Virus record (IMG/VR): IMGVR_UViG_3300035673_000003 | Coordinates: 1-61,545 of that record | Direction: 5' to 3' (one strand) | Length of the DNA: 61,545 bases | DNA from: a virus | Taxonomy: Duplodnaviria; Caudoviricetes | In this document: piece after piece, positions 27,634-36,167 of the stretch | How positions within the stretch are numbered: position 1 is the stretch's first letter | How the letters are laid out: each line of letters opens with the position of its first letter | The notes under the pieces: model-generated | The model's database searches: none | What the model was told of the DNA's origin: nothing | The model's input: only the letters and a program-made list of their open reading frames with translations | Position numbers and translations under genes: made by a program

Positions 27634-28257
27634 ATGAGCGAGCAGGCATTTCCGCTCCGCTGGCCCGAAGGCTGGCCGCGGACGCCGTACGGCCACAAAA
27701 AATCGGGCGACGAATTCAAACGCCAGGCATCTCCCGGCAGTCTCGCGAAAGCGATGCCGTCGTTTTCCAAGTCGCGCGACCGCCTGCTGGACGAGCTCCG
27801 GCTCCTCAAGGCGTCCAGCGTCGTGATCTCGACAAACCACAAGCCGGATCGGTACGGCATCCCCGTTGAGGCCAAACGCCGCCCCGACGACGATGGCGTG
27901 GCGGTGTATTTCGTCCTCAACAAGCGGCCGATGGTTATGGCGTGCGACCGCTTCACGACGGCGGCTGCGAACATGACATCGCTTGCGCTGGCCTTCGACG
28001 CGATGCGCCAGCTCGGCCGCCACGGCGGCGGCACGATGATGAACCGCGCCTTCGACGGCTTCGTGGCGATCGCGGCGCCCGGCAAGACCTGGTGGGACGT
28101 TCTGGAATGCCGACCGGACGCCACGCGTGAGGTGATCGAGGCTCAGTATCGGCGGCTGGCGCGCGACCGGCATCCGGACAGCCAGAGCGGCTCGCACGAC
28201 GCGATGACGGCGCTCAACGAGGCGCGGGATGCTGCGATAAAGGCGAGGGCGGCATGA
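27634..28257 (+). CDS. J-domain (DnaJ-like) protein
   Basis: C-terminal WWDVLEC...IEAQYRRLARDRHPD...GSHDAM..LNEA; AAGGAG RBS. Confidence 0.9.
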   Translation: MSEQAFPLRWPEGWPRTPYGHKKSGDEFKRQASPGSLAKAMPSFSKSRDRLLDELRLLKASSVVISTNHKPDRYGIPVEAKRRPDDDGVAVYFVLNKRPMVMACDRFTTAAANMTSLALAFDAMRQLGRHGGGTMMNRAFDGFVAIAAPGKTWWDVLECRPDATREVIEAQYRRLARDRHPDSQSGSHDAMTALNEARDAAIKARAA

Positions 28258-28679
28258 GTTTCGAACGCCCGCTTCACGCCTCGCAACACTGCCGCCATTA
28301 CAGTTACGTGCGCGGGCCGGATTACGGCCCGCGATGCGCTTGCGGAATTGATCTCAAGGCGGAGGGCGCGAACGTCGCTCCCTGTATGCCGATGCCAGCG
28401 GTGACTGCGCCCGTCTGCGCCTGGCGCGAGGAATTCGCGGCCGAGGAGCACGCGGCGTGGGAGGAGTGGAGCTCGGCGCGCACCGTCCGAATGATCGTCA
28501 TCATGGAGAAAATCCCGGGCAATTCGACCGACAGGAAAAACAGGCCGGAGTGGGGCAAGAGCGGCGAATTCGAGTGCCCCGCTTGCCCGATCGGGAAGGT
28601 GATGTGGTCGCGCGCGCGCTCCAACGGGCACGTCCATGCCTACTGCACCACGCCCGGCTGCTTTTCGGTGATGCAATGA
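28254..28679 (+). CDS. Cys-rich Zn-finger-like protein
   Basis: HCRHY, CACG, CPACP and HVHAYCTTPGC. Confidence 0.7.
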   Translation: MSFERPLHASQHCRHYSYVRGPDYGPRCACGIDLKAEGANVAPCMPMPAVTAPVCAWREEFAAEEHAAWEEWSSARTVRMIVIMEKIPGNSTDRKNRPEWGKSGEFECPACPIGKVMWSRARSNGHVHAYCTTPGCFSVMQ

Positions 28680-29008
28680 CCGAAAAATTCATCCCCACAG
28701 ACGGCCGCGCGCTGACGCCGTACGAGCGCGAAATCCTGACCATTCTGCAGGAGGAGTGCGCCGAGGTTATCGTCGCCGCGTCGAAGCTGCTCCGCTTCGG
28801 CGCGGGCAACACCAACCCGTCGACCGGCCAGAGCAACGTTCGGGAGCTGAGCCTCGAGGTGGGCGACGTGCAACGGATGCTGGAATTGGTTGCACTCGCG
28901 GACCTGGTCGAACCGCGGGCGATGAATGAAGGCGTTGCGCGCAAGAGCGCGCGCCTCGCGATCTACCTGCAGAACGGCCCAAAGGAGAGCGACGATGGAA
29001 GAGCATAA
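28676..29008 (+). CDS. MazG-like NTP pyrophosphohydrolase
   Basis: ILQEECAEVIVAASKLLRFG...LSLEVGDV (EExxE...ExxD). Confidence 0.75.
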   Translation: MTEKFIPTDGRALTPYEREILTILQEECAEVIVAASKLLRFGAGNTNPSTGQSNVRELSLEVGDVQRMLELVALADLVEPRAMNEGVARKSARLAIYLQNGPKESDDGRA

Positions 29009-29273
29009 CCTCACGATTGTTTGCATACAGGCGGCACCGGGACGAGATCCCGATCCGCTCGTCCTGCACAACGCGATCAAGGACGGCTGGATCATCGGCA
29101 CGGCCTACGGCGTGGCGCACCCGACCGGCAATTCGATCCTCCACTATTTCGTGCTGCATCGGCCGTTCGCGGTGGCGGACCCGTTGCCGCTGGCCGGTGT
29201 GAAGCCACCGGATGCGCCGGCCGTTCCGACCTCCGGCAGCGGCGTGAGACCGCCGCAGGGGAGGCGGCGATGA
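28995..29273 (+). CDS. Hypothetical protein (92 aa)
   Basis: AAGGAG RBS. Confidence 0.6.
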   Translation: MEEHNLTIVCIQAAPGRDPDPLVLHNAIKDGWIIGTAYGVAHPTGNSILHYFVLHRPFAVADPLPLAGVKPPDAPAVPTSGSGVRPPQGRRR

Positions 29274-29641
29274 CCGCGCGCGAAGGGCTGGCGATAAAGC
29301 CTGAAGCCCTGACGGCCCTCAAGAATTACACGCAGGCCGATGCTGACGGCGTGATGGTCAATGTTTCACGGCAAGCCTTGGATGAAGCTATTGCCGCCCT
29401 ATCCTCCCTCCCATCACCGGAGTTGCCAGCCGGGGGGCTCTGTCACGATCACCCAATGAAGCGGTGCAGTCCTGATGATTGTTGCCTCCCAGCCCGCGCC
29501 CCACATGCCGAGGTGCGGGAGGCGTTGGCAGAGGCCATAGCGGTTTTTGAGGGCATGTGTGATGACGAAATCGACGTTGAATTACTACCGCGCCTGCGCG
29601 CCGCCCTCTCCCCGCCATCAGAACGGGAGACGGGCAAGTGA
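29270..29641 (+). CDS. Hypothetical mosaic protein (123 aa)
   Basis: ATGA-coupled; helical blocks. Confidence 0.55.
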   Translation: MTAREGLAIKPEALTALKNYTQADADGVMVNVSRQALDEAIAALSSLPSPELPAGGLCHDHPMKRCSPDDCCLPARAPHAEVREALAEAIAVFEGMCDDEIDVELLPRLRAALSPPSERETGK

Positions 29642-29972
29642 AGCATAAGTGGCAGTCCAAGGAACGTGCGATCAGAAACGCCGAGGAGAGAACGGGTGAG
29701 AAGTTCGACCTGTTGCCGTGCCCACATTGCGGGCATAGCGCGAACCTGACCGACCCCGATAAAGACCCCGACACATGGGGCGGATACCGATGGTCGATTG
29801 TTTGCTCTAGCTCGCATTGCCGAGCTTCGGTTTCGATGGTCGCAGATGGTTGGTTTGAGCAAATAAACGCCGAGCTAAACCGGCACATTGCATCGAATGA
29901 TCTCTACCGGGATCGAGTGACCGATCTTCGCAGAATGTGGAACCGTCGTGTCACATCAGAACGGGAGACGGG
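29616..29972 (+). repeat. 19-bp direct repeat CATCAGAACGGGAGACGGG bracketing the Lar-like gene
   Basis: Exact copies at 29616-29634 and 29954-29972. Confidence 0.9.
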
Positions 29973-30009
29973 ATGCGAGGTCACGGGGACTGAGCGGGGC
30001 ACCACATGA
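29638..30009 (+). CDS. Lar-family restriction-alleviation-like Zn-ribbon protein
   Basis: LLPCPHCG...IVCSSSHCRAS...MWNRR. Confidence 0.7.
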   Translation: MKHKWQSKERAIRNAEERTGEKFDLLPCPHCGHSANLTDPDKDPDTWGGYRWSIVCSSSHCRASVSMVADGWFEQINAELNRHIASNDLYRDRVTDLRRMWNRRVTSERETGCEVTGTERGTT

Positions 30010-30215
30010 GCAATATCGAGGTTTTGCTGGCCTTTATCGGCTTCATGCTTGTCCTGATCTGGATGTACGTCAGGTGGATTTACCTCAAGGTCGAGTACGG
30101 AAAAGTGTTCGATCCGCAGGCTCCTGTGAACCAGTACGGCGAGGGCCTTGCCGATGCGATCCAAAATTCAATCGAGCGCGGGCAACGCGGAATTTCCACA
30201 TGGGATCACCGATGA
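30006..30215 (+). CDS. Small membrane protein (69 aa)
   Basis: N-terminal TM. Confidence 0.6.
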   Translation: MSNIEVLLAFIGFMLVLIWMYVRWIYLKVEYGKVFDPQAPVNQYGEGLADAIQNSIERGQRGISTWDHR

Positions 30216-30240
30216 CGCGCCCGGAAAGCGGCATCCATAA

Positions 30241-30447
30241 ATGACGAAGCCGCCGCTCGTCCTGCACAGCACCGACCTTCCGCACGTCTTTCGCTGGACG
30301 CGCGACGGTCGCCGTGGGCAGGCGTGCCGCGTCCTCACCCACGCCAAAGACGGCACGTGCATGGTCGAATTCGCCGACGGCTATCGCATGGTGACTTACC
30401 TGAAATCGCTCCGGCGAAACGTCAAGAAACCGGGGGACTGCAGATGA
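30241..30447 (+). CDS. Small beta-rich hypothetical protein (68 aa)
   Basis: GRRGQACRVL....GTCMVEFADG. Confidence 0.65.
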   Translation: MTKPPLVLHSTDLPHVFRWTRDGRRGQACRVLTHAKDGTCMVEFADGYRMVTYLKSLRRNVKKPGDCR

Positions 30448-30591
30448 GCTACACCGAGGGTCTTGTTAATGGCATGGCGGCGTACATCGCCATCCAGGTG
30501 GTCTTGACGGTCGACGGCGGCGAGCGGCCTCCGCTCTGGGCTGTTGCCATTCTGCTCTACGTCGCAGTCATGTGGGCCGCGAGCATTCTCC

Positions 30592-31131
30592 GTGCTTGAC
30601 GTAACCGACGCAAATCAGCTCGTGATCGCAACGGGCATGGCGGCAACAACTCGCAACGAGCAGCTGGCGGAATACTATTTGAAGGCCGCTGGCGTGGCCG
30701 CGATCTGGATTGATCCGGACGGCCACGTGGGGGCCCAAGATGTCGCCCGCCTCAACGTAGATCCCGACCGCATCGCTTATTGCTGCGCTCGCGGCGTCCA
30801 CTTCGTCCTCGCCTACCGGCTGCAGATGTGGAAGCAGGACCGGCCGGCGGGCCCGCCGCACCAGGCCGAGATCGCCGCCATGCTCGAGCAGCTGGCCGAG
30901 GAAGGCCGCGTCGGCCTGACGCCGCACCGGATCGCCGTCGAGCGCGCCCTGGCGGCGGTCGCGACCGTCAACAAGGCGATGGACGAGATGAAGGGCAACG
31001 GCGGGCTCACCGTCTTCAACCGCACCTTCAAGACCGCGCGCAAGGTCGATCCCTCGCTCCGGTACCACGACTATCTTCACAGTCACAAAGCCGGGATGCT
31101 TGAAGCACTGGCGAGGGAGACGACACGATGA
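30592..31131 (+). CDS. Hypothetical protein (~179 aa)
   Basis: Coding-like codon pattern; operon packing. Confidence 0.6.
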   Translation: MLDVTDANQLVIATGMAATTRNEQLAEYYLKAAGVAAIWIDPDGHVGAQDVARLNVDPDRIAYCCARGVHFVLAYRLQMWKQDRPAGPPHQAEIAAMLEQLAEEGRVGLTPHRIAVERALAAVATVNKAMDEMKGNGGLTVFNRTFKTARKVDPSLRYHDYLHSHKAGMLEALARETTR

Positions 31132-31249
31132 TGATGCCGTTTTATGTGGCCATCCGAGCCGCGATCATAATCTGGGTAACGCTCTCGCTGATCCCGGTGG
31201 AGGCCGTTTTCAACGCCGTCGAGGCCGAGATCGATCGCGAGCAAGACCA

Positions 31250-31405
31250 ATGATCGGCCTCATCTCCTGCCTAGCGACCGGCGCCGCGGTACTGGCGCTG
31301 ATCGGCGTGGCCATCTGGGTCATCGCCGGCGAGGCGTGGGGCCTGGCCTACACTGCCGTGGTCGCCATGCTGCTGGCCGCCACGCTCTTCCTGTTGATCT
31401 TCTGA
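31250..31405 (+). CDS. Small two-TM membrane protein
   Basis: MIGLISCLATGAAVLALIGVAIW...LAYTAVVAMLLAATLFLLIF. Confidence 0.55.
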   Translation: MIGLISCLATGAAVLALIGVAIWVIAGEAWGLAYTAVVAMLLAATLFLLIF

Positions 31406-31417
31406 GGAGGTTTCCCA

Positions 31418-31723
31418 ATGTCCGCTTGTCCAGCTTGCCGTGGCCTTCCGTGCCGATGTTTCGAACCGGCCGAGCAGCTTTACCGCCGCTCGTTCGTGAC
31501 GCCCGGTCCGGTGGCGAGTCGTCGAGACGTGGAGCTCCTCCTCTCCGCCGCTACGCTGCTCGCTACGGCGAAGCGGCTGGCCGAGGACGCGCTGCGATAC
31601 GCCAACGAATTGGAGATCGAGGCGTGGGAGGAGCGCGCCACGTCGAGCGTCCGAGCTAAAGCCTTCACCGTGAGCGGCGATCTGGCGGCTCTGCAGGACC
31701 GATTGAAGCAACTGAAAGGGTGA
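31418..31723 (+). CDS. Hypothetical protein (CPAC..PC.C plus coiled coil)
   Basis: GAGGAG RBS. Confidence 0.65.
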   Translation: MSACPACRGLPCRCFEPAEQLYRRSFVTPGPVASRRDVELLLSAATLLATAKRLAEDALRYANELEIEAWEERATSSVRAKAFTVSGDLAALQDRLKQLKG

Positions 31724-31926
31724 CGACAATGGAAAACCAAGACAAGACCGCGACCCTGATCCTCTCGGCCATCGTGGTGTTCGGCTTCGGCGGAGTGCTG
31801 ATGATCTGGATGATGTTTCCGCCGACGTCACACAGCGACGTGCTGTCCGCGCTCGTAGGCGCCCTCGCGGCCGGCTATCTGCAGGTCATCAATTACTGGT
31901 TCCAGCGGCCGAAGCAGACGCCATGA
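31720..31926 (+). CDS. Small two-TM membrane protein
   Basis: Two hydrophobic helices ending in QVINYWF. Confidence 0.65.
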   Translation: MTTMENQDKTATLILSAIVVFGFGGVLMIWMMFPPTSHSDVLSALVGALAAGYLQVINYWFQRPKQTP

Positions 31927-32097
31927 GCCGCCGCAACATCGTTCAGTTCCCGCGACGGGTTCTCCCTGCGGTGCGTCAGCCGAAGCCCGCCGTGGTGGTG
32001 GTCCTGCCGGTGGTCCGCGTCGAGCGGTGCGACGACACGCCCGCGAAACCACGCCGTCGGCGTCGGTGATCCTCACATTGAGGGCGGAAAATTAAAC

Positions 32098-32350
32098 GGT
32101 GCATCCGGGGTGCATCCGGGTGCATCGACCATGCACCGTCCCCAAAACGGCCACTGATTTGCCCGGGTGCGGAAATTATTTTCGTTCATCGAACGGTGCA
32201 CGACGGTGCAAACGCGGTGCATTTGCGGTGCATCCTTGGTGATTTGCTAAAACCTACAAAGTCCGCTGAAACGCCTGATAACATTGGCCTACAGCATGAT
32301 GCGCCCGAGCGGTGCATCGGTGCAAACCTATAAACCTCCTAACTTGCACC
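32098..32350. repeat. Iteron cluster B (GGTGCA x11)
   Basis: Copies at 32098, 32109, 32119, 32132 (inverted), 32195, 32205, 32216, 32227, 32311, 32319 and 32345 (inverted), in non-coding DNA. Confidence 0.75.
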
Positions 32351-32533
32351 GTTGACAAAAGTTGACGGGACCCGGCTGTCTACGCACGCGCGGTCCGAAG
32401 GAGAACTATGTTCGAGGGAGGGCGGCGGCGTCAGCCGACCGACCGACCCACCTGACCGGACCTGAACTCACCACCTAGAAACTACCGGCGACCGGGAACG
32501 ATCCCGGTCGCTGGCGTTTGGGGAGAGATCAGC

Positions 32534-32725
32534 ATGGGGTGCCGGTGCAACGAGCGAGCAGCTGCGATGGTGCGAACCGTCAAGGCAATCGGGACCGGTG
32601 ACGCCGCGGAAGCCGCGGCCCAGGTGCAGTTCATCACGAAATCGGCGGTCGAGGACGTGGCAACCACCGTGCGCTCGCAAATGCTCGCCGCCCGTAGCCG
32701 CCTCGCCATGATGCGGAGGCGATAA
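32534..32725 (+). CDS. Hypothetical protein (63 aa)
   Basis: GGAG RBS; coupled to the next gene. Confidence 0.6.
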   Translation: MGCRCNERAAAMVRTVKAIGTGDAAEAAAQVQFITKSAVEDVATTVRSQMLAARSRLAMMRRR

Positions 32726-33276
32726 TGGCCGCCATCGAGATCAAGGTCGACGTCCACCAGATAGCGGCGATCGCCAGCCGCTTCGCTCACGTCAAAGAAA
32801 AACTGCCAGCCGCGCTCGCCAAGGCCGTGCGCGAAATCGGACCGCCCGCCACAAGCGCCATGAAGGCCGCTCTGCCAGGCCAAACCGGTCTGAAGGCGAA
32901 GGTCATCAACAAGGCGCTCAAAGGCCGAAGCAGTGGTGTCACCTATGTCATCCAGTCGCACGGCGGCAACATTCGCCTGAAATACTTCGGCGCTCGCGAG
33001 ACCGGCGCCGGCGTGACCGCCGCACCGTGGAATAGCCGCCGCCTCTACCCGGCGACGTTTATCAAATCAGGCTGGTGGCCGAACCGCGTCAAGCCGATTG
33101 CCAAAGGCCAAGTGCTGCGCCGAAAGACCGCCGCAAAATTCCCGCTGGAGGTCGTGCGCTCCGGCCTGTTCATTGCCGAGGAGATGGTCAAAGGCCCGTC
33201 AGCCGCTGCCTTCTACGGCACGGTCGATGCGCGGCTGGCGCCAGCCATCGAAGCGGTGCTGCTCAAGGCGCTGTAG
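32725..33276 (+). CDS. Lambda gpZ-like/neck-type morphogenesis protein
   Basis: ALAKAVRE...QTGLKAKVI...IRLKYFGARETGAGV...TFI...R...KFPL pattern. Confidence 0.6.
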   Translation: MAAIEIKVDVHQIAAIASRFAHVKEKLPAALAKAVREIGPPATSAMKAALPGQTGLKAKVINKALKGRSSGVTYVIQSHGGNIRLKYFGARETGAGVTAAPWNSRRLYPATFIKSGWWPNRVKPIAKGQVLRRKTAAKFPLEVVRSGLFIAEEMVKGPSAAAFYGTVDARLAPAIEAVLLKAL

Positions 33277-33766
33277 CCGCCACCATGGAATGACAATGGA
33301 ATTCCATTGCCGCCCGCTGTACAACCGCTGAACACCGCCGCCGCTGCCGCCATCACCGCCGAGCCGCTGCTGCTGCGCGCTTCACTGCACAACACGACGC
33401 ACAACACGACGCGGAGACGCGCGCTAATCGCGCGCCTCTATCGCTGGCTCGTTCCCACCATCGTCCGCATGATCTATGCGGAAACGCCGTGCCTGCACCA
33501 CCGTCCTCCTAATCAACGGGACGCGGACGCCTGTAGCGTCCTCTGGTGCGCGTCGATTTTCGGACAGTCTTTCGAGACGCGGACGGGATCGGACGCACCA
33601 CCGACGTCCCCACGCGCGTCCCTCGCGCACCTCGCAGGGTTTTTTCTAAGTATCTTTTGGCCTCGATCCGCCATGCGAGCGCGACCCGCGCGACGTTTCT
33701 GCGTATCTGGAATTCCAAAAAACTCTGTTTCGTTTCAGTCCCTACGGTGGACGACGGGGGAACCCG

Positions 33767-34021
33767 ATGGCGAAAAATGCGTGGATGCGCCCCAACGGCT
33801 CGATCAGCCGGAACCCCGGGAAGCCGCATAAGGTCAAGTCGTCGGGGCCGTGCCCGATCCTGAGCTGCACCCGTTGCCATTGGAGTGGCCGGCCTCCGGA
33901 GACAAAGCGCCCGCTTTGTCCGCTGTGCACGTGGCCGATTGGGAATTGGGGCTCGCCGCACGTCACACCGTCCGATGCGCGCTGGAACAAGCTGTACAAG
34001 CAGTTCGGTGGCCGCAAATGA
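33767..34021 (+). CDS. Small Zn-finger-like protein (CTRC...CPLC)
   Basis: Paired Cys motifs; ATGA-coupled downstream. Confidence 0.5.
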   Translation: MAKNAWMRPNGSISRNPGKPHKVKSSGPCPILSCTRCHWSGRPPETKRPLCPLCTWPIGNWGSPHVTPSDARWNKLYKQFGGRK

Positions 34022-34212
34022 AACTGCAGGTCCTCGATAACGACGGAACGGTGCTGTTCACCTTCGATCCGGACGCTCCGGTGCGCGGCACATTCATCGC
34101 GCGCCACGTCGGCTCCAAGCTGGTCGACCTTTTCCTTGACGCCGCGCTGTCCCTGAGCTGGACGCGCCGCCCGCCGATCCACCACCGCAATCCCACTGGA
34201 GGGGAACCATGA
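34018..34212 (+). CDS. Hypothetical protein (64 aa)
   Basis: ATGA coupling on both sides. Confidence 0.5.
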   Translation: MKLQVLDNDGTVLFTFDPDAPVRGTFIARHVGSKLVDLFLDAALSLSWTRRPPIHHRNPTGGEP

Positions 34213-34580
34213 GAATTATGATCGTGAACGACGACGGCCTGGCTGTGATGAACTTTGACACGAAGGCCGCGACCGGCAGTCTCCTCGCCGTCGAGCAGGA
34301 AGCCAAAACCGAGATTGCGAACGCGCTGCACGACGCAGCGGCGTTCATGCAACAGGATCGCCACGTGATCTCCTCGATCACCGCGGACATTCGCGCGGCG
34401 GTCTCGAGGATCGAGGCCGAACTCGGCGGGCATCCGGCGTTCACCTGGGCGCAGACTAAGCTCGGCAATGCCATCGCACATCTGGAAGCCTTCGTCGCCG
34501 GAACGTGGACGGAGCCGCCGACGCAAATGGTCGCCGTCGACAATCGCGGGATCCAACTTCCTACGGAGCCGACTAGCTGA
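34209..34580 (+). CDS. Hypothetical protein (123 aa)
   Basis: GGAGG RBS. Confidence 0.65.
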   Translation: MRIMIVNDDGLAVMNFDTKAATGSLLAVEQEAKTEIANALHDAAAFMQQDRHVISSITADIRAAVSRIEAELGGHPAFTWAQTKLGNAIAHLEAFVAGTWTEPPTQMVAVDNRGIQLPTEPTS

Positions 34581-34647
34581 TCGGCGCACTACCGCGCTGT
34601 GCATCGTCCGCGTCTTGAAGGCGGACAAAAACTGAGGGGACTACCAC

Positions 34648-35328
34648 ATGGCTAAACCGCAAGTCGTTATCGTCGGCGCCGACAAAGGCGGCGTCGGCAA
34701 AACCACCGTCTCTCGAATTCTCCTCGACTTTTTCGAGGATCGCGGCGTCCGGACCCGGGCTTTCGACACGGAGACGCCGGGCGGCGTCCTGAAACGCTTC
34801 CATCCGGCAGCGACCACGATTGTCGATCTCACTCACACGGACGGCCAGGTCGCCGTGTTCGACACGTTGCACACCGCGCCGGTGACGCTGATCGACATTC
34901 GCGCCGGCCTCCTGTCGCCGTCGCTCAAGCTGCTCGCTGAGTTGGGCTTCCTGAGCATGGCGCGCGAGGGCAAGCTGGACGTGAAGGTCCTGCACGTCAT
35001 CGGCAGCACCGTCGCCTCGTTCAATGAGATCGCCGCGACAGCGGCCGCGCTCGCGGACGCCAAGCACTACGTCGTCACCAACCACACCAACGACGCCAGT
35101 TTCTTTTCCGGCATCGGCGCCGTCTCGAAGGAGGGTCTCGACGCGGCTGCGGTCATCGACATTGCCAAGCTGGACGAGCGGGCAATGGAGCATGTCGAGG
35201 CGTCCGGCCTGTCGTTCAACGCGTTCCGCAAGGATGACAATCAGTCGCTCGTGATCCGCAGGAAGGTCGGCCATTGGCTGTCGACCGTGTTCGCGGAATT
35301 CGACACTCGCAAGATGATTGCGGACTGA
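34648..35328 (+). CDS. ParA/MinD-like P-loop ATPase
   Basis: Deviant Walker A DKGGVGKTT; AFDTE; LIDIRAG. Confidence 0.85.
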   Translation: MAKPQVVIVGADKGGVGKTTVSRILLDFFEDRGVRTRAFDTETPGGVLKRFHPAATTIVDLTHTDGQVAVFDTLHTAPVTLIDIRAGLLSPSLKLLAELGFLSMAREGKLDVKVLHVIGSTVASFNEIAATAAALADAKHYVVTNHTNDASFFSGIGAVSKEGLDAAAVIDIAKLDERAMEHVEASGLSFNAFRKDDNQSLVIRRKVGHWLSTVFAEFDTRKMIAD

Positions 35329-35533
35329 TCCGATGGCTGACGCGCTGGAGGATCGCTGGATGCCTCGTTCTGGCGTGCGGCTGATCCAACAGCGCGCCGC
35401 CAACCGCACGGCCGAGGAGCGCGCGACCGCCGCAAGGGCGGTCGCCGCAGAGCAGGATGCGAGACGGGCGCGCCCTGGCTACGACGGGGACTGCCCGGAA
35501 CGGATGCAAGGCGCGCTGCGCCTCAAGTGAACA

Positions 35534-36151
35534 ATGGCTGCAAAGAAAAAGCCGACACCGAAGAAAAAGACGCCAGCGCCGCCGAGGACCGAGCGGAAGA
35601 TCGAGGTCGTGCAGTGGCACGTCGATCAGCTGAAACCCTACGCGCGCAACTCTCGCACCCACAGCGCCAACCAGGTCGCCGCGCTCGCGCGCTCGATCAC
35701 GCGCTTTGGCTTCACCAACCCGATCCTCGCGGGCGACGACGGAACGATTGTCGCCGGCCACGGGCGCTTGATGGCGGCCATGTCGATCGGCATGAAAACG
35801 GTCCCGGTTATCGTCGTCTCCGATTGGACCGACGAGGAGCGCCGCGCCTACGTGATCGCGGACAACAAGATCGCGCTCGACGCGGGCTGGGACGAGGCGT
35901 TGCTCAAGCTGGAGCTGGGCGAGCTCGCGGAGGCCGGGATTGATCTGGAGCTGACCGGCTTCAAAGAGGAGGAGCTAAACAGTCTGTTCGGCGCCGTCGC
36001 CGACGACATCGACAACTCCGAAGCCGCAGCGCCGCAACTGGACGGTCTGGCCTATTCGGTGATCGTCCGCTGCGATAGTGAGGCGCATCAAGGCGAACTG
36101 CTGGAACAGTTCGAGAAGCAGGGCCTCAAGACTGAGGCGCTGATAAGCTGA
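35534..36151 (+). CDS. ParB/Srx N-terminal-domain protein (terminase-linked type, no methyltransferase domain)
   Basis: LKPYARNSRTH...SITRFGFTNPIL...IVAGHGRLMAA...AYVIADNKIALDAGWD. Confidence 0.9.
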   Translation: MAAKKKPTPKKKTPAPPRTERKIEVVQWHVDQLKPYARNSRTHSANQVAALARSITRFGFTNPILAGDDGTIVAGHGRLMAAMSIGMKTVPVIVVSDWTDEERRAYVIADNKIALDAGWDEALLKLELGELAEAGIDLELTGFKEEELNSLFGAVADDIDNSEAAAPQLDGLAYSVIVRCDSEAHQGELLEQFEKQGLKTEALIS

Positions 36152-36167
36152 GAGGGGAAAACAGCTA

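Noticed and set aside
29362-29376. Second parS (TGTTTCACGGCAAGC), also a half-site near 39603
   Set aside because: Only one half matches and both lie inside coding sequence.
32098-32350. CRISPR array or CRISPR-like mini-array
   Set aside because: The repeats are only 6-8 bp with about 10-bp periodicity and no unique spacers; no cas genes are present.
33307-33831. 174-aa ORF and a 12-bp tandem duplication (33387-33410)
   Set aside because: The ORF has no RBS or motif and low-complexity content; a two-copy microduplication is uninformative.
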